Origin: a plasmid
Reading direction: 5' to 3' (one strand)
DNA: 64,000 nucleotides
Sequence record: NZ_CP018188.1
The translations under genes were made by a program, and so were the position numbers. Numbering within the stretch: position 1 is the first letter of the stretch; every line of letters begins with the position of its first letter. Under the pieces are notes generated by a model that was not told where the DNA came from, did no database searches, and worked only from the letters and a program-made list of their open reading frames with translations. Positions 59,401 through 64,000 of this stretch are shown one piece after another.

Positions 59401-59609
59401 GGGGGATTGATGCTGATTTACTTAGTAAATCACTTAAAGAGTATAGTCTTCTCAAGCCGGAAGAGATTCCATTCCGTGATGAAATTTCTAAAACACTGGA
59501 TCCTGATAAAGCCACCAATCCCTTTGCAGGCAATAAGTTGATGCTTAATATGAACTTGGGTCCTGTTCTTCAAAAATGGATGCGTGAAATTAAACAGAAA
59601 TATAAGTGA
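56487..59609 (+). CDS. hsdR: Type I R-M restriction subunit (HsdR), SF2 helicase/endonuclease
   Basis: N-terminal nuclease region, helicase motif I TGSGKT, and DEAH-like motif II (IIDEAHR). Confidence 0.9.
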   Translation: MSNTPKNTSEKAFQENFVKKLTKFKWQAPDKLNGNLHKVTVQDLINNWRDELNRINADILEGVALTDAEFQQVMAKVKQISNSYEAAKILSMEGSTGKIDGIYRDSHPDVTRRQITLTILRKAQVRGGDSNYQIAREVQTDYNNRFDIVLLINGLPLINIEQKRTDKTLDEAFGQFKRYYRDGEYTNNFMAFSQMMVVTSEIETRYFATPKTLNDFNPAFVFHWSLVRKSEKDGEFLGHRILTNYQEVIEHFLNIPMAHQMVGDYLIINEDKLEENRRHMLMRPYQVHALQAIETAVFGSPNDSIPHGGFVWHTTGSGKTITSFKTAQVLATRTEYDKVVFLLDRRDLDDQTSEAFKAYSVYESVNVDDTKSTYQLRRQLMSAKSGIVVTTTFKLYNLVESLVKGQDDSLKEKKIIFIIDEAHRTTMGDMMAKIKEYFFQNGLFFGFTGTPLFDENKAKGKVNERSELINTTEKLFGPLLHQYTIDEAIADGNVLGFHVDYINTGEFRNYDDLREQLIETLSEQHPEKGEKAIAREVYQWDDLEVETKASEEGILIYQDETHIPRVVEEVLDGWQEQSQNGEFNAILTAAYKDRVIAYYHEFKKQIAEKFKDGEAKPNVAMTFSFGNENDPDNIALEVVDEMFEDYANFTGISFVPGNKTHGEAAYFEDVTDRAKRGGSGRNPKNIDILIVADQLLTGYDSKRINTLYVDRRLELQGLIQAYSRTNRVFGSSKEFGTIINFQYPRITQELVRAALELYGSGGKNSKVIVDKYEDAVDELNKRMINLIQELSDPTRWIDLRDDKDGKKRFKAAFEEAAKQLNVVKQYYEFVWDNKRFGLDEHKWLQYIGAYRNLFSILVDGAEEEEIRELQGRTKLQGSQVIDAQSILELIGNKTTTEGGYIVINDNNLVLIQEQIQELSNLGEHEKAESLKRFVNEELRGGHIPATSNFDEAFQDWQDKQQFKEVKSFASEWGIDADLLSKSLKEYSLLKPEEIPFRDEISKTLDPDKATNPFAGNKLMLNMNLGPVLQKWMREIKQKYK

Positions 59610-59619
59610 TAATTCAAAT

Positions 59620-59650
59620 AAAGAGCCAGGAAAAATCCTGGCTCTTTGAT
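59620..59650. terminator. Bidirectional terminator between hsdR and the surface-protein gene
   Basis: AAAGAGCCAGG-aaaaat-CCTGGCTCTTT. Confidence 0.6.
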
Positions 59651-59688
59651 TGTTGAGAGGTATCGTAGGTGATATAAACAACGATAGC

Positions 59689-61932
59689 TTATATCTTAGT
59701 AGCATTTCCGTCTTTATCGAATTGGTAAGTGACACCATTAATTGTCCGTGTTTGATTAGCTACAAGGTCACCAGAGTTTTCATCGTAGTAATGACCATCT
59801 GGTGCAAAAGCGCCTTTAACTTGTCTACCATTACTTGTATTGAAGTAGAGCTTTTGCCCATTAATTTGAACTTCACCGGTTGCGGCTGTGCCATCTGCAT
59901 AGAAGTAGTACCAGTCATTACCCCATTGATAGAAACGATTTTTAACTGCTTTACCCTCATGATCGAAGTAATAAATCTTATCTCCGATATAATTAGTGCT
60001 ATCATGCCACATGTCACCTAATTGGGTGTACTTATAGGCACCTCCTTGACGGAAGTAATATAAGTCACCATTGATTTCATGGAGTCCAAGGACTTTTTCA
60101 CCTTTCTCGTCAAGATAATAAGTTAAGCCTCTGTTATCTTTGACAAAACCAGCTTCGATTACCTTACGACCATTATCCTTGTCGTAGTAGTACTCAGGCA
60201 TGTAGACGCCATCTTGTCCAAATTCTCCTTTAGCTTGTACACCTCGATAGTTGAAGAAGACATCTTGTCCATCGATATTTCGAGGTCCCTTGATTGGTTT
60301 ACCATCTTTACCTACATAAAACCAATTACCCATGTAGTCAATATAACGATTCGTTACAAGATTTCCTGAATTAACATCGTAGAATGCATATAAATCACCG
60401 TAGGAATTACCATAAGCCCCTTTGACCTGTTGACCGTTGTCACGGAAGAATACTTTTTGTCCATTGATAATTTGAGCCCCAGTAAGGTTATCTCCATTTA
60501 CGTTCTTATAATACCAGTTTCCTTTATCATCACTATAATAACCATTTGGGTTAGGAGCATCTGTACCTACACCATTTTCATCAAATTGATAGGTCATACC
60601 GTTAATTGTTAGAGTGGTGTTAAAGGCACGTGCTCCCGAATCAGGATCATAGTAGCGAAGAATACCATTGTCGAGAACAAGCTCTCCTTTAGCCTGACGA
60701 CCATTGGCATAGAGGTAAACGATTTGACCATCGATATTGACTTCACCATCTTGAGGACGAATAGCATTTCCATCTTCACCATAATAGTACCAACCATCAT
60801 TTTCTTGGACATAGCGATTTTTAACGGCTTGACCAGTAATTGGGTCAAAATAGTATCGACGAGTGATTTTAGTAGGAGTACCATAACCGTAAGGACGTGG
60901 TGAATTTTTGCCATCTTCTAGTTCTACACTAACTCCCTTTTGTAGTATACCTGGAATAACTTCATATGCAGATTCCCATGTTCTAAAGTAATATAGATTA
61001 CCATCTATTTCATGGATACCAACATATTTTGACCCATCAGCATTTATATAAAATATTTGCCCTTTTTTATTCTGTACAATACCTTCTTTTCTAACCCTCG
61101 CACCAGAATTTAAATCATAGTAGACAGTATGTTCTGTTAACATGTCTTCTCTTCCGCTAAAATCACCTTTAACTTGAGTACCATTGTCATTAAAATATAC
61201 TTCTTGCCCATTGATATTCTGTTCACCAGTTAGGGGACGCCCATTATCGTCTAAATAATACCAATTTCCGTTGTATTCTAGATAACGATTAGTTTGAAGT
61301 TGACCAGAATTATCATCAAAATAACGGCGTAGCCTACCACCATATCCTGACAAATCTGGACCCTTAATTTGTTTACCATCTTTTTTGAAAGAGACACGCA
61401 CACCATCAATGGTTTGGTCGCCAGTCAGGTTTTTACCGCTGGCATCTTTATAATACCAGTTGCCTTGGTCATCACTATAGTATTGACCACCAGTGACGTT
61501 TGTTTCATTAGGTTCTGAAGCAGTCTCACTGGCAGCTCGGTCTGTAGTTACAGCTTCACGTGTTTGGCCTGAGGCGGATACTGCAGGTGTCTGACTTTCA
61601 CTAGCAGTTGTTGAAGCTGTTTCACTTGCAGTTTCAGAACTTGCAACAGAAGTTGTGGCCTGTTCTGAGACATTTGTAGTGCTTTCAGTGCTGGCGACAT
61701 TTTCAGTAGCAGCAGGTGCTTCGACAACCTTGGTTTCGACAAGGTCTGCTGTAGTTTCCACATTGGCAGTGGTAGTAGCGTTCACATCAAGGTTTGATGC
61801 GTTGTCGGCTTTAGCTTCCTCAGCGAAAGCAGGTCTTGCGATAAAGGCAAAACTTGCAAGAGCAGTGGCACATGAGAATGCAATCAGACGCTTTTTGGAC
61901 TTAGGCCCAGTAAAATTAGAATGTACTTTCAT
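59689..61932 (-). CDS. Secreted cell-wall/glucan-binding repeat protein (YG / CW_binding_1 repeats)
   Basis: GGAGGA RBS. Signal peptide ...FIARPAFA|EE, then an Ala/Thr/Ser-rich linker, then about 600 aa of tandem ~20-aa YG repeats (GxxYYFxxNGxxxxG, WYYxDxxGxxxxG). These repeats occur in streptococcal glucan-binding proteins, choline-binding proteins and clostridial toxins. Confidence 0.8.
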   Translation of the reverse strand: MKVHSNFTGPKSKKRLIAFSCATALASFAFIARPAFAEEAKADNASNLDVNATTTANVETTADLVETKVVEAPAATENVASTESTTNVSEQATTSVASSETASETASTTASESQTPAVSASGQTREAVTTDRAASETASEPNETNVTGGQYYSDDQGNWYYKDASGKNLTGDQTIDGVRVSFKKDGKQIKGPDLSGYGGRLRRYFDDNSGQLQTNRYLEYNGNWYYLDDNGRPLTGEQNINGQEVYFNDNGTQVKGDFSGREDMLTEHTVYYDLNSGARVRKEGIVQNKKGQIFYINADGSKYVGIHEIDGNLYYFRTWESAYEVIPGILQKGVSVELEDGKNSPRPYGYGTPTKITRRYYFDPITGQAVKNRYVQENDGWYYYGEDGNAIRPQDGEVNIDGQIVYLYANGRQAKGELVLDNGILRYYDPDSGARAFNTTLTINGMTYQFDENGVGTDAPNPNGYYSDDKGNWYYKNVNGDNLTGAQIINGQKVFFRDNGQQVKGAYGNSYGDLYAFYDVNSGNLVTNRYIDYMGNWFYVGKDGKPIKGPRNIDGQDVFFNYRGVQAKGEFGQDGVYMPEYYYDKDNGRKVIEAGFVKDNRGLTYYLDEKGEKVLGLHEINGDLYYFRQGGAYKYTQLGDMWHDSTNYIGDKIYYFDHEGKAVKNRFYQWGNDWYYFYADGTAATGEVQINGQKLYFNTSNGRQVKGAFAPDGHYYDENSGDLVANQTRTINGVTYQFDKDGNATKI

Positions 61933-62293
61933 AATTTTTCCTCCATTTCCTAAATCTAATTATATTCCAATTTTTTACGGATTCCAAGTATATATTAGAT
62001 AATACTCATAAAAATGAAAACCTTTCCAAAAATTTATTGAAAGGAGGAATTTAACTTATATTATAGATAGAAAATTATATCCCTTCAGCTTATGAACAAT
62101 AATTTTTTATTTTATTATTCTGACATCAGGAGGGGAGAAAAATTCGTATATATATCTATATGCAACATCAGAAAAACTGAATTCTCGAGTTTACATATCT
62201 AAACAGCTACATCTATAATATGCTAGGTTTCTGCCGGTTTGAAATTGTTAAATGGTATAATAGTAATGGGAATGAAATTAGGAGGGAATTGCT

Positions 62294-63067
62294 ATGCCTA
62301 AGAAGATACTTTTTGCAGTTCTGATAGTTATTTCATTGTTCTTATGCAGTTCGGCTGTTAATAAGGCAATCACCTATGATAATGACTTCATCAATTCCTT
62401 AGCTAAAGGGTTAGATAAACGGTGGGAGGATGCCAGTTCTAATTACAAGGACACTACGGCGTACTATGAAAAGGCCACACAATTTGAGTTATCGGAAGTT
62501 GGAAGATATAAGGAAAGAACTTTTAAGGATAACAAACTCAAGAAATTAGCTATTGAATATATAAATGTTCTTGAGGATTCAAAAAAATTAACATCGAAGG
62601 AAAATGAACATTTCTCTTCTGATAGTTGGGTTGAGTACAGAAGAAAGAGATATGAATTGATACTTGATATTCATTCAAGGAAAAAAATACCAGTCCATGA
62701 TACTAGGAACTTACGTGATATCCTAGACATAGGAATAAAAGTGAAGCAAAAAAATGAAATAATCCAAGCACTTAAAAAAATTTTTAAAGGGAATAACTTT
62801 ACAATCAGTAAAAGTAGCGAAAATAGTGACGAATTGAATTGTTCTGGTACATTTGAGAATACTACCGATTATTATCTAAGATATGTGCCTATGACTATTG
62901 TAGCTTGCAATAAGAATGGTAAGGTATTTTTTAGCACGCATTATGCAGTCATCACTGAGTGGAGAGAAGGAACAACTAAAGAATTAAATTTAACAGTTTA
63001 TGATCCAAATCATGAATTCAATGAAATCAAAGTATCGTTGGATGAAAAATATCTCCAATTTAGATAA
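62294..63067 (+). CDS. Putative secreted/lipoprotein-like hypothetical protein (257 aa)
   Basis: N-terminal signal/anchor MPKKILFAVLIVISLFLCSSA (Cys at 18, non-canonical lipobox). Lys-rich mature part. Confidence 0.5.
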   Translation: MPKKILFAVLIVISLFLCSSAVNKAITYDNDFINSLAKGLDKRWEDASSNYKDTTAYYEKATQFELSEVGRYKERTFKDNKLKKLAIEYINVLEDSKKLTSKENEHFSSDSWVEYRRKRYELILDIHSRKKIPVHDTRNLRDILDIGIKVKQKNEIIQALKKIFKGNNFTISKSSENSDELNCSGTFENTTDYYLRYVPMTIVACNKNGKVFFSTHYAVITEWREGTTKELNLTVYDPNHEFNEIKVSLDEKYLQFR

Positions 63068-63094
63068 ATCATTTTAGGTATTATTGTGAAACAA

Positions 63095-63121
63095 AAAAGG
63101 GGGTGTCACTCCCTTTTTCTC
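63095..63121 (+). terminator. Rho-independent terminator
   Basis: GGGGGTGTCACTCCC hairpin plus TTTTTT. Confidence 0.5.
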
Positions 63122-63148
63122 TTATATAAATGATGCTATACTGGGCAT

Positions 63149-63739
63149 ATGAAAAAAGATTCTAAGTACATTATTATTTTAGTGGTTATTTTCCTCGCTC
63201 TTGGAGTCATGTTTTTGGTATCTGCGTTAATGATGAAAAATGAACCGAAGAAAAAAGTAACACCCCCTAGCACCGAACAGGTGCTTGAGGATTCGTCATC
63301 GGAAGATATTCCAAAGGAGGATAAGTATGAGCGATGGCGTAAAGAGTCTCTTGCGACTTTAGAAACACAAACACTTTCAGATGACACTGATACACAAATT
63401 GTAAAGAATGCACTGAAAGAGATGTGCTCTTATGTTGAGACTGTTCAGAACGTAACCGATGTTAAACCAGATTATCAAAATCACTTAACACTTACTGGGA
63501 CTAAGATGCAGTATGAACTTGTAGCAAAATTCATGCTAGGCTATAAGTATTCTGAGGCTAAAACTCAAGTATTTAAAGCCAAAGCAGATAATGTTCGTCA
63601 GTTTGTACTTGAGGTTGCTAACCCAGAAGGTGCGAAACTCTATTTCTGTGGGAATTATGTTATGGGAACAACTCAAATTGAAGTGACATCGATTCATGGG
63701 GTTGCTGAAGGAGACCATGCTGAACATGGACATGACTAA
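63149..63739 (+). CDS. Membrane-anchored hypothetical protein (196 aa)
   Basis: N-terminal TM helix (IIILVVIFLALGVMFLVSALMM) and a polar extracytoplasmic domain. The C-terminal HAEHGHD may be a metal-binding tail. Confidence 0.5.
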   Translation: MKKDSKYIIILVVIFLALGVMFLVSALMMKNEPKKKVTPPSTEQVLEDSSSEDIPKEDKYERWRKESLATLETQTLSDDTDTQIVKNALKEMCSYVETVQNVTDVKPDYQNHLTLTGTKMQYELVAKFMLGYKYSEAKTQVFKAKADNVRQFVLEVANPEGAKLYFCGNYVMGTTQIEVTSIHGVAEGDHAEHGHD

Positions 63740-63943
63740 AGGTAGTCAATGCGTCTTATACATCTTGTTTAGCTTCATCATGAGATGGAGCTTTTCTTTA
63801 TATAATTAACTCAAATAGAAATTTTTGTCCCTGTGTAAGTGCATATCTTCTTAATCCTTGATATAATAGTGCCATAATACAAGGATTAGAGAATTAGTGA
63901 TAATAAGAGAGTATGATTAAAGAACGATTGGAGATGATGAGTC

Positions 63944-64000
63944 ATGGAAAAAGAAACAAAGCGTCTTTTAAGGAAGTTGGTCAGATTATTTGACGGACAG
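63944..64000 (+). CDS. Start of an ORF truncated by the window end
   Basis: ATG 63944 (MEKETKRLLRKLVRLFDGQ ...) continues past base 64000. Confidence 0.3.
   Translation, partial: MEKETKRLLRKLVRLFDGQ

Noticed and set aside
59650-60021. 123-aa + strand ORF and several minus-strand ORFs overlapping the YG-repeat gene
   Set aside because: They are repeat-driven open frames within the strongly supported 747-aa CDS. They have no RBS and a Cys-rich nonsense composition.

Overview
Low-GC streptococcal accessory DNA. The mosaic of IS remnants, defence genes and a conjugation-like block suggests a plasmid or genomic island (inference only). Content in order: (1) 1-4673: an ABC exporter 3' end, an ABC ATPase and permease, and a LytTR/HPK10 two-component system. 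(2) 5490-8978: NUDIX and ASCH genes, decayed gene remnants, and an intact IS3-family element (6924-8717, 3-bp ATT target duplication). (3) 9078-19542: a complete lacticin-481-group (type AII) lantibiotic locus closely resembling streptococcin A-FF22 / salivaricin G32. It has lanKR on the minus strand, three tandem precursor genes (two with identical mature peptides, one divergent), and lanM, lanT (C39 peptidase-ABC) and lanFEG. (4) 19847-28959: an IS3 orfA remnant; a HigB/HigA-like pair whose toxin carries an in-frame TAA; a GC-richer ABC transporter block; an APH-fold kinase; an AlkD-like protein; an alpha/beta hydrolase; a truncated MazG-like gene; and a rearranged second copy of the ASCH/small-gene segment. 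(5) 29256-31958: a GmrSD-like (DUF262+DUF1524) type IV restriction enzyme and a GyrI-like membrane protein. (6) 32000-32720: a repeat- and palindrome-dense non-coding zone. (7) 32740-47481: an unusual T4SS-like block with a VirB2-like pilin, VirB8-like, VirB6-like and VirB4-like proteins, and a PrgK-like multi-domain cell-wall hydrolase. It also encodes a ClpB/ClpV-like double-AAA+ ATPase, and no relaxase or coupling protein is visible. (8) 47839-48052: a candidate Fst-like type I toxin with a convergent antisense promoter. (9) An AT-rich membrane protein, an IS110 remnant, and a two-gene membrane/coiled-coil module. (10) 52607-59609: a type I R-M system (hsdM-hsdS-hsdR). (11) A YG-repeat glucan/cell-wall-binding surface protein and small secreted proteins. 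The most novel-looking item is the T4SS-like plus Clp-ATPase cluster. The type I toxin-antitoxin candidate and the 50559-51897 two-gene module also deserve a second look.
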